A stretch of DNA of 64,000 bases from Gekko japonicus (Eukaryota). Of this stretch, positions 39,843-52,818 are shown piece after piece. The notes under the pieces are model-generated. The model had not been told where the DNA came from. It saw only the letters and a list, made by a program, of their open reading frames with translations, and did no database searches. Positions within the stretch are counted from its first letter, which is position 1; every line of letters begins with the position of its first letter. The DNA is taken from the NCBI RefSeq assembly GCF_001447785.1, contig NW_015163111.1, positions 1-64,000 on the forward strand, written 5' to 3'. The position numbers were made by a program, and so were the translations under genes.

Positions 39843-40238
39843 CAGGGCTCTTTTTGTAGAAAAAGCCCAGCAGGAACTCATTAGCATAATAGGCCACACC
39901 CAACAGCAATAACCCATTAGCATATTAGGCCACACCCCTGACAGCACAGCTCATTAGCACATTAGGCCGCACCCCCATGTTACCAGAAGTGTGGTTATCC
40001 AGCCACACCCACCTTTTGCTTGTTATTCTGTTTACCTTGTTTGTTGTCAAAACCCAGGGCTTTTTTTGTAGCAGGAACTCCTTTGCATGTTAGGCCACAC
40101 ACCCCTAATGTAGCCAATCCTAATGAGTTTCTGCTGTTGGGTGTGGCCTATTATGCTAATGAGTTCCTGCTGGGCATGGCCAACTCAGGAGCCAGCCGGA
40201 ACTCCGTTCCTGTGTGTTCCTGCCCAAAAATAGCCCTG
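39843..40238. mobile_element. hAT non-autonomous element
   Basis: TIR cagggct / agccctg; perfect 8-bp TSD agtcatag; a second left end lies internally at about 40055. Confidence 0.9.
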
Positions 40239-40344
40239 AGTCATAGTATCTTAGTACATATTTTCACAGCACCTAATAAAGATGTCATTTTACAAATCAG
40301 TTGAGCTCATTTGGCCCCACGTTGGCTTGAGTCCAAGGTCTGGT

Positions 40345-40595
40345 GGAGGAAGAAAAGGAAGAAGAGGAGGAGATTGGATTTATACCCTGCCCTTCACTCG
40401 GGGTCTCAGAGCAGCTTACAATCTCCTTCCCTTCTTCCACAACAGTCACCCTGTGAGGTAGGTGGGGCTGAGAGAGCTCTGAGAGAACTGTGACTGACCC
40501 AAGGTCACCCGGCTGGCTGCATGTGGAGGAGTGGGGGATCAAACTCGGTTATCCAGAATAGAATCCGCTGCTCTCAACCATTACACCAAACTGGC
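40345..40595 (-). mobile_element. tRNA-derived SINE (Squam3/MIR-like)
   Basis: Homologous to 44996-45266. Confidence 0.8.
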
Positions 40596-41251
40596 TTTAC
40601 CATTAGAGAAAGCTCTACCATCAGAGTCATGAAACCTTGGGCTTGCCCATCATTACGGCCTTCAATTTATTCTAATCCTTTTATGTGTTGTGCTGCAACC
40701 AGTGTGTCTCTATGACACATTTGGTACTCAGCTGTTAAGTGTTCAAACTGACTCAGTGAGGTTTCAGGAAGAAATAGCTGTGTGGTTTTATCTGTGGTGG
40801 CCCTATTCACACACAAAGTGAGGCATCCCTTGATGGTGTCATTGGATGGTAAACTTGCACCAGGTGATAAACAAGCACTGAAGCTTAGCTGGATTGTGAA
40901 AACAGCGACCTTCCTCCCAGCAGGGGACCAGACTTTATTTTAAGAAGCTCCAAATCCCTGTGTCAAGGCTATAGCTCTGAATTCTTCCTTCACCATTGTA
41001 TAGGCCTTAGACTTTTGTAATCTGTCAATTGACCCTTTTCAATTCAGTCAGATTTTCAGAGATAGCAGAAAGTTGACTCTCATATCACCTGCTGTCAGCT
41101 AGCCATGAGCAAGATGTCTGGACTCAGTAATCCTTGTAAGGCTGGGTACCGTGTCAGAGGCTGGGTTTTGCTTGAGATCCTCCAAAACAATTGTGATCAA
41201 GATAACAATGTTTTGCAATGAATTGGCTTTTGGTGAAAGCTAATGCATGTA

Positions 41252-41578
41252 GGGCCGCAGTGGCTCAGCGGTTAAGATGCTGAAGCTGCAGACTGGAAGG
41301 TCTGTAGCTCTGCTGTTCGAGACCCTAGTGCCACATGACGAAGTGAGCTCCCGTCTCTGGCCCCAGCTCCTGCCAACCTAGCAGTTCAAAAGCAAGAAAT
41401 TGCAAGTAGACAAATAGGTACTGCTTCGGTGGGAAAGTAACAGCGTTCTGTGTGCCTCGGTGTTTAGTCCTGCCAGCCATATGATCACGGAAATGTCTTC
41501 GGACAGCGCTGACTCTTAGGCTTGGAAATGGAGATGATCTCTGCCCCCTAGACTAGCTTTCAAGCAAGGGAAACCTTT
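41252..41578 (+). mobile_element. Sauria SINE
   Basis: Reverse-complement homolog of the 8016 and 31562 copies. Confidence 0.88.
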
Positions 41579-43539
41579 AATGTATTTTGCACCCTCTCTT
41601 CAATCTCCTGATCTCAACAGGATTGTTTTGCCTTCTTGTAGCCAGGTGTAGGCAGAAGCCACAGAATAGGAGAATCTGTACCTGCTGACTCCTCTCTCCA
41701 TCTCAGTTGTACAGTCAATCTTCAGAGGCAGTGGATTGTTGGCACTAGTTACATGTGTACTCGTTTTGTGTTAGCACTCAATATCTTTTCAACTTTGGGT
41801 GTTTTGCTGTGTGCTTTTCTGGAAATCATCAACAGTGACTTCAGGGATGACTGGATAAGATGGAAGAATGCAAAGGAATTCCAGTTCTATATTTTATGAG
41901 TTCTTCCTGTGCTCTGCAGCACAGCAGCTCACTGCCCGTATTTCCTTCGTGCTGTTTAAGCAATATATGTGCAAGGGAACCCATGGCCAGATGTGCTCCT
42001 TTCCCACTTGGATGCTGCAGCTGTGGGAAGTGGTTCCCATACCATAACAGCAGTGTACAGATTATCCTTTAGCCACTATGTTGTGTACTGCAAGCTGATA
42101 CCTTGTTTGGACCCATTATCATTGCTTCAGCTGTCTTGGCTGGGTACACGCAGTATTTCAGAGGCATGAAGGCAGTATACTCCCCCCAAAAAACTTAAAC
42201 CACGAAGCATCCCTTCATTTTTAGATGTCATGACAGTCAACAGCTACTTTTGATGGTTATCTCAACATATGTGTAATCACAGCAGTACAGTCAGTAATGT
42301 ACAGATGATGCACTCATCTGAAGTACAAATTAAATGTGTGTAGCTAGTGCACTTGAATGGTTGATGAACATGATACATTTTTGCGGTTCCCTTAGGAACT
42401 GTAAATTAAAAACTGAAAATTGTGTATACTGGAAAAAACCCTCATCTGTGTCTTTCCAGTCCTGGTTTGGATAAATGCCCAGGTTCTCAGATGCATATCC
42501 AAACATACCAAGCCAAATCAATCTTTCTGGTATAAAGTCCTTTGACCTTATGTGAGTTACATCATCAATCAATTTGGAGTCTGGTGCCTGTAGGTTTTTA
42601 TAGAAAGCCCCCTGGGTAGAAATGGCCCTTTAAAAACTTCCTATATTAGAATGTTCTTGCAGTGTGGGGAACTGTTCCCATTGTATGATGTCAAGCCAGT
42701 GTCTAGCTTTGGCTGGCTTCTAAGAAGTGTACAGAACTGGGTGGAGGGAGGGGACAGACAGATTGATTATGGTTTCATAAAATAAAAACTGGAAAGGGCT
42801 CAGTGAACACTAGAATGGACCCAATGGATATTGTAGGCTAAGGAGGATCAATACCTGTTAATGTATACATTGGTCTATCTGTGCTTTCCATCATCCACAC
42901 CTGCATTAAGCTCTTATTATTTGTAGTTGCTAAATAGGCCAAATGAGTATTTTAGTACTATGAGGGATGCTTGAGGGAGTAATCATTTTACACCCTGTAA
43001 ACATATCATTTCCGTTACCGATTTCAGCATTATTATAGAGCTTAAGTCCACCTCTGAAAGCTTCTGAATTATATGTTTTGTTCATTGCTTTTAAAGTGAA
43101 GCCTGGTATACATTTATACAAATTACATGCCTTAGGAAGGTGGAAGAATATGTTTTTGAAATCTTAGGCTCAAACTACATGTGATGGCACTAGGCCCATT
43201 TGTTTAAACTAGGGCAAGTCCCCGTCTTTCATCAAGCAGACTGTGTGTCTGTGCATTTATCTATCTAGAACGATTTTAGAACAAAAGGGGGATACAGCTG
43301 AATGCCCCACCCCATGCCTGCAGCTACTCATAGCCTTTCCTTGGAAACTTTTCTCCGAGCTCCTTTTTCTCATTCCCTGTATCAAAGCCCCGGGAAAGTG
43401 ACACAGAGGGGAAGGCAGCAGAGAGGTCGGAGAGCCAAGGACAAGGAGAAGAGAGCCTTTGACACCCTTCCCATTCAAGCACCTTGCTGGCATATAAAGT
43501 CGACAATTTAATCCCCTTACTGGTTCCGGAGTAGTGCAT

Positions 43540-44141
43540 TATTTATCATTCAATTTATATCCTGCTCGAACCCCGAAGGGTCTCTGAGTGGCTTACACAC
43601 AATCATTGGTTCCTAACTAAGGCCACAATTATACGGGGGGTGACTTCCTACTAGCACCCAGCAGCAGGGCTTGTTGTTGGAGTCTGGCTTCTTCTGGCGG
43701 CCTCGGATGTTGGCGCTCCACTTCCAATGTCCTGGGGCAGATTTCTTCCTGTTCCGTGCCTTCCTCCGGCGGGCTCCTCCAGTGCACGGCCCCGCGACCG
43801 CCGCAGCTCCGACCACCGTCCTTTTCAGCTCTGTCACGCTGCTCCGACATGCCACCCTACCTCCGTGGCTCCGCCTCTGCCGGATTCTGCTGCTCACACC
43901 GCGCTCGCAGGGCACTCCTCAGCCGCTCCATTGCTCCACCTGCCACTCCGCCATCACCGCTCCGTTGCCGCCGCCACCGTCGATGCCTCTGCTGCACGCC
44001 CCACTAGAGGAGGGTGTCCCCTGCCACCTAGGGCAGGTACCCATTTATCTACTTGCTAGATATTAATGCTTTCGAACCGCTGGGTGGGCAGGAGCTGGGA
44101 CTAGGGCCGGGAGCTCACTCCGACCGCGGTGGGTCTCGAAC
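43540..44141 (-). mobile_element. Composite non-autonomous retroelement: Sauria-SINE-like head, GC-rich body, L2-like tail
   Basis: 44035-44141 resembles the Sauria SINE 5' region. 43540-43600 resembles the L2 3' ends at 2240 and 61440. Confidence 0.55.
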
Positions 44142-44995
44142 AGCCATAGTGGATGGCCACTCTAGGGCGTGGGGCTTGGAGTGGGGCTCCCCCCACTGGC
44201 CAGCTGGTCGGGGGTGGATTGGAGCCCCCAAAAGCAGGTGAACCATCACCCGGATCTGGGGGCTGGCAACCCTCGTGGCCAACCAGGTGCCCTGGATGGC
44301 CAACAAACAGGGCATGCCGTGGGAAGCTATTACAAAACTTTTAAAGGTCCCAGGCTTTCTATGCCAGGTTGCCTGTTCATCCACACAGTCCCAGGCATTT
44401 ATTGCATTCAAGAGGGTGATTCCTCTAAACTAGGATTAGCTTGAAACACACATGTTAAAAGTGCCCCTGAGCAGAATACTGAATGGCCACCTGAGGTGCC
44501 AGCCTATGAACACTGTTGAGTATGGAGACTTTTGGTCAAAGATGTTGCAGCACGACAAGCAGGAAATTTAGCCCTGAAGCCTCAACTCCATTCAAGGTGG
44601 TCTTCCAAAAATATAGTTGCTGATCAGGTTCCTACATTGAGACTGGGCTGTAGTACATTTGTGATCATCAGGACCTGTTGTCACTCATGCCAACGTTTAA
44701 TATTTTTGACATGTTTCTGTAGGATCAGATTTATTTTTTTAGTAACGTACCCAACACAATCCTATCCTTTCTTGCATAGTGTATAAAGTGGAAAGTATCA
44801 GTAACCCTTATTAGGATAGCTGTGGATAGGGGATGACAGCAAACTAGTAAAATTGATGTCCCAGGGAGAGAGAAAAAGAAAACTGGAGAAGTGATCAGTT
44901 CAGAGACTGACTACAGCAATTATACTGTGCCGACACAATCAGATACAGGCAGATAACTCCATTTACCAAACTGGTGCTTCACATACACATGATTT

Positions 44996-45266
44996 AGAAG
45001 AAGAAGAAGATATTGGATTTATACTCCACCCTTCACTCAGAGTCTCAGAGCGGCTTACAATCTCCTTTCCCTCCCCCTCCCCACAACAGACACCCTGTGA
45101 GGTAGGTGGGGCTGAGAGAGCTCTGAGAGAACTGCTCTTTCAAGAACAGCTCTGACAGAACTTGTGACTCTCAAAGTCACACCAGCAGCTTCATGTAGAG
45201 GCGTGGGGAATCAAACCTGGTTCTCCCAGATTAGAGTCCATGCTCCTAACTACTACACCAAACTGG
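44996..45266 (-). mobile_element. tRNA-derived SINE with (TTC)n tail (Squam3/MIR-like)
   Basis: Homologous to 40345-40595 and 20976-21145 (caccctgtgaggtaggtggggctgagagagctctgagagaact). Confidence 0.8.
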
Positions 45267-48200
45267 CTATTTATTTGCAAAAACATTTTAATTCCTCTGA
45301 GCTGGACAGAGCAACCTTTGTGGAATTGAAAAAAAGCGAGCTGTGATGTTTACCTTTTCATTGGCGTCAGAAAAAAATATTCAACATATTTTAGTCTTGG
45401 GTGTCAAAAGAGAGTGAGCAATGCCAAATAATGAATTTTTGGCTATCCATGTGGAACAATGATCAGTTGGTACATAATTATTTTGGGACATTACAGATGA
45501 GTGTGTTTTATATATGTATTTTAAAAAACCCTATCACTTTTAAAAAACAATTATGAAGCTTATGAATATATTTATTTTAATGACACCCTTTAGTGTGGAA
45601 TGCCATGAATCACTGTTGAGAGAAACAAAATTTCTATATATACTTCAGACTAAATGTCCAGTGTTAAATAAGTACTTGCACTCATAAATGTTTTAATGTT
45701 TTACTGTTTAAAAAGTGCATGTTCTAAGCACTTATATTTCCACAACTGGGAGGACTATGCACTCCAATTTTGGATTTATAGTTCACTCACTAATCAGAGA
45801 CTCACAGTGTGTAACAATTATTCTGTAAGAATTAGGACTGTATCATATTTGGCCTGCAAAATATTTCAAATGACTTTTCGAAGGGGCTTAAAGTGGAAGA
45901 ACTCCAAAAGCACCATTTCTGCTCCCTGCCCTTCTAAAATTGCTGTTTACCGCCTTAAGGGTCTTCTCTGCTGCTGCTTCTATGCCATTATCCCAACAGT
46001 TAGGGATCACATAGTGAGAAAGATGACCATGAAGCATGGAATAGCCCATTAGGTTTTGCTCTAAGGCTCCATCAGTGAGGGCAGACGAGGCTGCATTGCT
46101 CTCACGGAGGGAGGGACTTGTATACTGCCTCGTGATTTCCTCTGTTGTGTTGCAGTGGTCAATTACCCCCCACCCGCAGCATGCAGAGTAACACCTGGCA
46201 CTTTTAGCAATGCTAATCTTGTGGCCCCTGCCTGCCTCCCTTCCTATGGACAAGCACTTTTGTTTAGTTGCGTGTCACCCCCCCCACCCTGTGTTGAAGG
46301 ATCAGTCAGTTTTCACATGTTGTGAAAGATTTCATGAAAAGATCTCCCTCCTCATTGTGGCCGAGCTCTACTAACAATATTTTAACGTGTCCAAAATAGC
46401 TAGTAGAGAAGATCAAATGCAAGAATGGTCAATTTCCTTCTACTTTAGTTTAAGCACAATCATCAGAAGCTAATAGTAGCTTTGGCTGGGAGGGCGGGGT
46501 ATAAATTCAATAAATAAATAAAAGTCTTACAACACTTCCAAAAGATGGTTGGAATATCACTTTGGCAGGTTTTCATACAAACGTATACAAGCCGTATTCA
46601 CATGTTACAGTGACCACATGTACAGCCTGCAGGTACTTGTCAAATGAAACCAGGGACCAGTTCCTGGATAAATGTGGGGGGTTTCAATGAGACATTCAGC
46701 TGTGCATGTGTTAAATGTAACACGAGAATTCTTCAATGTGCATATAAAGAAAAATCAACTGTACAGTGTACACAGATTGCACATTCACTGTAATTTGTCA
46801 ACAGGGCTATTGAGTCAGACTGTTGGTCTATCAAGCTTAGCATTATCTACCCTGTTTGGGAGCAGCTCTCCACGTTCTCAGGGGGAGATCTTTCACATCA
46901 CCTACTACTTGTACCTTTTAACTGGAGAACCTGGGACCTCCTGCATGTGAAGCAGATGGTCTTCCACTGAGCCACCCCCTGGCCCTTCATTAAGTTTTAG
47001 GGCAGACATTAAGATTTTATTCTGTTCATCTATTTACTTCATTTATACCCCACCTTTCTCCCAAGAACACTTATGTTGTTCTCTTCTCCTCCATTTTATC
47101 CTCACAATAATCATGTGAGCCTAGCGAACTTTAGGATCTCCAGATCCTAGTGAGATACTAACCACTACACCCTGGCTCACAACAGGGCATTACTGAGATG
47201 GCATGCTTGATGAGCCTAAGAAATCATACTGAGACATGAGGATGGTCTCCTAGGTATGTTGTGTCCTAGACATTGGAAGGAATTAATATATGAGCACCAT
47301 TAGGCACCATTAGCCCAAGAGTCCTAGCTCAAAAGTAGAGCATCTCCCTTGCATGCAGCAGGTAGTCCCTGGCATCTCCTATTAAAATGATCCAGTGGAG
47401 GGGAAAGAACCTGGAGGACTTCTGCCTGTCAGAGAGGACAATATGACCTTGATAGATCCACAATCAGGAAGGCAGTTTCATATACACTCTGTATACAGGT
47501 GCCCTTAACGCCAAATATAATGCACAACAGGAGGGCACCACAGCCAGAATTTGTAACAGTAATGCTTATGACGGAGCAATGTGAAATTTAAAAAAAAAAT
47601 CTTTATTCTGTGTTAGACCAAGATTTGCCATTTTGTTTCTTCTTACATTCTGCTTTTTAGAGTTAAGAAAGATTTAAAGATACAAAAGAATGGCGGACAG
47701 AGCTAAAAAATGACAGTGGCATGATATTTACAAGGTTGTTAAGTACAGCCCACTTACCACTGGACTGCATTGACTTTAAGTACAATTGACTTTAAGTGCA
47801 ATGGAGACTGCTGTCGTGACCACTGCATGGGTATCCTAGTATATCAATCATATTTCATCATGTTCTTAGAATGACCAATTTATAATTTTGGCACTATATT
47901 ACCATTCTTTCTTTGCCACAACGAGAAGCTGTATTCTTCCATCTGCAAATGGATGCAAATATTTTAATGGGATCCTCCGCATCCTTCTGTCCTGTACTAA
48001 ATCCTTCTACCCAACTGATTTGCAAAGAATGGATTTGGTTTGTTTCCAGAAACACAGTTCAACTGCTCGCTGTACTGCCATCTTGTGGCAGTTTTATAGA
48101 ACTATTCCTGAATTTTTAAAACAAGTGCAGGGGCCAGGCAAAGCATGTGGGCATGCATATTTTGGTTTTGGCTATATTATTTTTTCAGAGGAGTATTTTG

Positions 48201-48415
48201 CTGCACATGTTATTCATGCATGAAGGTGCATGGATAACATCAATTGCATGAGGCTGTAACAAACACTAGAGAAAAATGCCAGCTTAATCAAATCACGGAA
48301 CGCCAAAGAGAACTTGTGTGCTTGGGAACAATGGCATCTTTGCTATGGTAGCACTGAATATCTGCCCATTTTGATTTTCAAGTTGAAAGCTGTACTTTGG
48401 GGGCAGGCAGAAATA

Positions 48416-48421
48416 TTTATT
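48416..48421 (-). terminator. Candidate TYRP1 polyadenylation signal AATAAA
   Basis: First minus-strand AATAAA I found downstream of the stop (about 0.9 kb). An alternative lies at 47602-47607. Confidence 0.3.
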
Positions 48422-49302
48422 TTAACCCCCTTAAATATTCAAATGTCCATCTTTTTAAAAGTAGTAGTATAATACCTTTTTATGGGGACCAGCGGAAAGT
48501 AAAACAAACCAATGGATTTTCCAAAACTCTTCATAGGCTGGATGTTTGATGCAACCCCCCTTCCTCAACAACACAAAAGGTGGGGAGAAATGTTAGGGAC
48601 TAGTGACCCTATTTGTGTCTGGGTAGCTTGCTGTAGACTATTGTGGGAAATACTTTTTTGAAATATTTCTTGCTATTCTTTCTTCTGTCTGCTGCTTTGG
48701 TGCTATTATTCTTTCTTGTTAGGGATTCTTTCTTGTTCTTAGAGTGATCCTACGCTGAATTCAGCACAGTGCTACATACCCAAGTTGAATCTGGCTATGT
48801 GCTGATTTCACTGAATGCAAACAAAGTCAATGTAGAATTAAAGCAGTACTTGCTAGACTGGTCACAGTCTGATCTTAGCCAATCAATAAAGGCTCACTGA
48901 AGGCAAAGACGATGTCGAGTGAGGGCAATAACTCTTACATCCAGTTACTTGAAGATTTTTCCAAAAGCCACTCTTTTTGTTTAAAACCTAATCTTTCCAT
49001 AAATCTAGATTAAAAACTGGAAAACTGAAAGGAAGCACTGCACTTAATAATTAACCTTATTAAAAATGTCCTTTACCTCTCTACACTCTGATACATCCAG
49101 GACATGTCCTTCATACTATAGATAATTAGCTAAGCAGTGAAGCAGGTGAAAGCATATCATGGACATGAATGGGGATTTCCCCGGTGATACGAGAAGGAAT
49201 TCTAACAAGGGGTCTTCTTACTCTTAGCATTCTTCATTGTAAAGCAGAAGAGTTTCTGCAAAAGGAGTAGCACTACCCGGTGCAAGTCAGTCAGCTGACC
49301 CT

Positions 49303-49508
49303 TCACACCACTGATTGGCTTGGAGTGGGTATGCTGTCGTAATCATCTGAATAAGTCTGGTACTGGTCAGTGAGAAGAGGCTGATGCAGTTCATCCTTGT
49401 TTCTCCGGGCATGAACGATACATGTGGCACCAGCAAAAATAATTGCAACCAGAATCAGTGCAGTGACAATGGCAATAGTTATGACTTCGGTGACCTGGAG
49501 AGTCCGAG
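49303..49508 (-). CDS. TYRP1: TYRP1 terminal coding exon 8: TM helix and cytoplasmic tail
   Basis: (T)RTLQVTEVITIAIVTALILVAIIFAGATCIVHARRNKDELHQPLLTDQYQTYSDDYDSIPTPSQSVV*. Has the dileucine sorting signal QPLL and C-terminal PDZ ligand SVV. Acceptor ctag|CT. Confidence 0.97.
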
Positions 49509-50299
49509 CTAGGATGAAGCAGAAAAAAGGGGCAGGGTTAAGATGCTGCATTCCCCTGAATATATTGCTTTAGAGATTATGAATGACAAGGGGGGGACCC
49601 GCGATACTCGCGGGGGGGGGAGGCAGAGGAGGAAGCAGGAGGAGGAGGTAAGTACCCCCCCATCCCGCTGGTTCCCCCGTTTCCTTTACCCCCCCTTGAT
49701 CTCCCCTGACCCTGGGGGTGGGGTTTACACATCATACCTACAGTAATGAACATTTGGCAGCTTGCTGACATAAGGTCTGAATGGAGGAGGGCTGACACCA
49801 GCCTGCAAAATACACTCAGGAGTTGAGCCCTAGCCCAAGCCAGAACCTGATAAAAACCCATGTGCTCCTGACCCCTGCAGGAACAAAGGTGCCCTGTCCT
49901 CAAGGAACTGGCCCAGGTCAGCCCAGTTGATCTATAAAGCAGTCAGCGGAAGTGATATATTGGTGACTGTAGGGCAGTGCTGCACCCCAGGGAGGAGAAA
50001 TTAAAGGTCGCTGTCTTGGAGACTATGGAAGAAGAATGCTTATTTCTTGTTGAGGAAAGGGCCTTCTCTTTGTGAATTCTAGCATGAGGCCGAGGAGAAG
50101 CAAAAGTTGCCTGCAGCTAAACCCTTGCAGCACAAAATAGGTTTTCCCAACCCTAGCCAGAATGAAAATCTCTCTCAGGACGTCCCGAGTAATTCATGCA
50201 CTCAAGCTCCGACCTTCACACCAGGGCTTGAAGAAGCACCTGCTCTCCCCTCCTTCTGTCCAGGTACGTTTTTTAACGTCCAGCCAGATGAAGAGAAGA

Positions 50300-51460
50300 G
50301 TTCAGCGCTGTGAAAGCGGCAGTGAGGGAATGGCAGGCGCCGCCTGTTGCCCTTCCCTCCGGAACGGGCGCCGAGGCATTTCCCACGCGACTTGCCAGCA
50401 CACGGATCCCCGAGCAGCACCCCGAGCTCCCCCCCCAAAAATGGTCACCAGTTTCCAGAACATCCCAAACTTCCGCAGGTGTTGTCAGTCCCAGCGAATC
50501 TGTTTCGGTCCCTCCCTCGGCCATTCCAGCTCTGGAAGGGAGAGACGACTGAATTGTGATCCCGCTTGCCGATCCAACCGTACAGGCACTGCAGCAGCCC
50601 GGGGGCCCGTTGCCTGGCGAGCAGGTGCCGCGCCGACTCCGTCTGGAACCCGCCCCCCCCCGGCGCCGGAATGAGCACGCATGCGGCGCTGCTCCCGTTC
50701 AAGGCTCTCTCGCTCTCTCTCCCCCCCCTGGCCTTCGGATGCTCTTAATCAGAACTCCAATCAAACTCTTCCTGGATTTAAACCGCCGGGGACAGATAAT
50801 CCCGGGCCAAGCTGTCCCTTCGCTCTCACCCGAGATGAGCTGCTCGCCGAGGTCGGGGCTGAACCGGGGAGGCCGGTAGCGGCGGCGGCTGTCGGGAACG
50901 CGCGTTGTCCTCCTCCCCCCTCCCTGTCGGTGGAGTGAGAGACCCAGCGGGCAAGCGCAGCCCTCCTCCTCCCTCCACCAGCATCGCCCCCACCGCCTCG
51001 GCCTAGTCAGGGGCATCGGCGGCTCTTCCTCCGGGAACAGATTGCGTGCTTGCTGCCTCAGGCCCCCCCACCTTTCCCGCCCGCCGGCCGTATCAGGACG
51101 CTGAAGGGCCGGGGACACTGCGGCCCGGGCGGGGGAGGCGACGCGACAGAGGAGAGGAAGCCGCGAAGAAGAGCGAGGCCCCGCAGAAAGGCAAGGTGGA
51201 CTGGGGGCGAGGGAAAGAACGCGCCGCCCCTCCTGCAGTCCGCAAACTCCAACCCCCGTTCCAAGAGCGTTCCCCGCGCATGCGCAGGGGACGCTCTTTT
51301 TTATTTTGGCAAATTTAAGGACCCCCAGGATATTTTTCACACTTTTAAGATTTTTGTGCACATGTGGGGACCGCCCCACGTGAGCACAAACCTCTCCCTC
51401 CCCCCCCAGGAGCCCCCGATGTCCGGATTTAAGGATCCGCACAGAGGGGGCCACTTCACT
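50300..51460. promoter_or_regulatory. CpG island in TYRP1 intron 7, promoter-like
   Basis: GC- and CpG-rich against a CpG-poor background. NRF1-type GCGCATGCGCA at about 51276-51286, E-box CACGTG at about 51379, GC boxes, and a minus-strand donor CGG|GTGAGA at 50830. Confidence 0.7.
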
Positions 51461-51716
51461 ATTAGATATATAGATTCCAAATTTTAGTCAGTTCAGTTGC
51501 CCGTTGACTGGAGTTGTTAAGATACCCAAGTTCCACAATGATAGATTTGACTAGAATTGTGTTGGGACGTAGCTTTGAGAGGTGGCATTTGCCTAATGCA
51601 ACCTGAATGGTTTTCTCTGCATGCTGGAACAAGGAAATGTTCCATTTTTCTCAGTTGCCTTTAGAAAGCTCAGATGGCGTGTTCCCTGCTGACTGTCTTT
51701 AGAAGGTACCTGGGAC

Positions 51717-51924
51717 CAGTGTTCCCTCTAAGCTGAGTTAGTGTGAACTAGCTCAGTGTTTTTTACCCTCTGGCTCACACATTTTTGTCTTAGCTCAGGA
51801 AGGATGGCTCCAGAGCAAGCTAATTTATGCAGTAGGGGCAAATCGCCTGCTCACAACTTTAATGCCGGTAGCTCATAAAGTAGAATTTTTGCCCACAGGA
51901 CTCCACAGCTTAGAGGGAGCATTG
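51717..51924. mobile_element. hAT MITE in TYRP1 intron 7
   Basis: TIR cagtgttccctctaagctg / cagcttagagggagcattg; 8-bp TSD cctgggac. Confidence 0.9.
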
Positions 51925-52359
51925 CCTGGGACCATAAGTCAAAGCACAGGGCCGCCAATCACAAGCCAGACAATCAAGGGGGAAGGAAGCCCTACTGTAC
52001 TGAGAGCACACCATCATGAGCTATACTTTTGCACCAAGTGCAGGGACTACCCTTTGTTTTTTGCCTGTGTGTTCATGTTTTTTCCATCACTGAATGGTTT
52101 GCCTTTTTCATATTTTGATGATGAAAATTGGTATTTCCCCCTCTGTTTTCAGCACATGCAGTTAACAAAAAAGGGGCCATGGAACAAAAAGCCATCATTT
52201 TGAGGGGGTCCATTTAGAAACATTGTTATATTCACAGCCCCAGTCAAAGTGCTGTGCACTTACACAAAATAAATCACATTCTGACTCACTGAAAGAAAAA
52301 GCCAACAGTACAATTTACAATCTAGCATATAATGAGAAGAATATAGTTGAATAACTTAC

Positions 52360-52506
52360 TTGGCCACTGAACTTCATAATTATAGCCCAGGTTTTCTGGT
52401 GCCGTAACAAACATCTCATCATTGGTCATAGGGGGCCAGAACGGGACCATGTTGTATCGTCTGTTGTGTCCAATGGGGGCATTCTCTAGGGGGTATATGG
52501 AGGTAT
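52360..52506 (-). CDS. TYRP1: TYRP1 coding exon 7 (147 bp)
   Basis: (D)[48 protein letters not shown]. Acceptor gtag|AT, donor A|gtaag. Confidence 0.97.
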
Positions 52507-52818
52507 CTACTTTGGGGGGAAAAAGATTCCATTTCAAAAGGCTGTCATAGGTAAGAATGTTAAAAATATATCCTAGATCCTCAGACTTTGAGCCTTCAGC
52601 TTTAAGCAATGAGGCAATAATTCCTACAAAGAATAACTTTCCTTCTGCATATGTATGTTTTGTAGTTGCAGATGTTAAGGACAAAAGGAGGCTCAGGATC
52701 AAATTCTCTGACCATTTTGTGTGTTGAGCAGACGTAGGCTCAGGAGCAAGAATTGCAACTATAATCCATGCAGTTAAAAAGGCAATAGTTATGATTTCAC
52801 TGACTTGGAGATCCTGAA
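52507..52818 (-). other. Duplicated exon-8-like segment in TYRP1 intron 6; candidate alternative acceptor extending exon 7, or a pseudo-exon
   Basis: 52751-52822 aligns ungapped to 49441-49512 at 57/72 nt by hand count. Encodes [23 protein letters not shown]. Acceptor ttcttctag is retained and the frame is open into exon 7. Confidence 0.8.

Noticed and set aside
50699-51454. 251-aa minus-strand ORF and overlapping ORFs as a stand-alone gene
   Set aside because: Starts at a non-ATG codon, has no recognisable domain, and long ORFs on all frames are expected in GC-rich DNA. Only the ATG-to-donor part is kept as a hypothesis.
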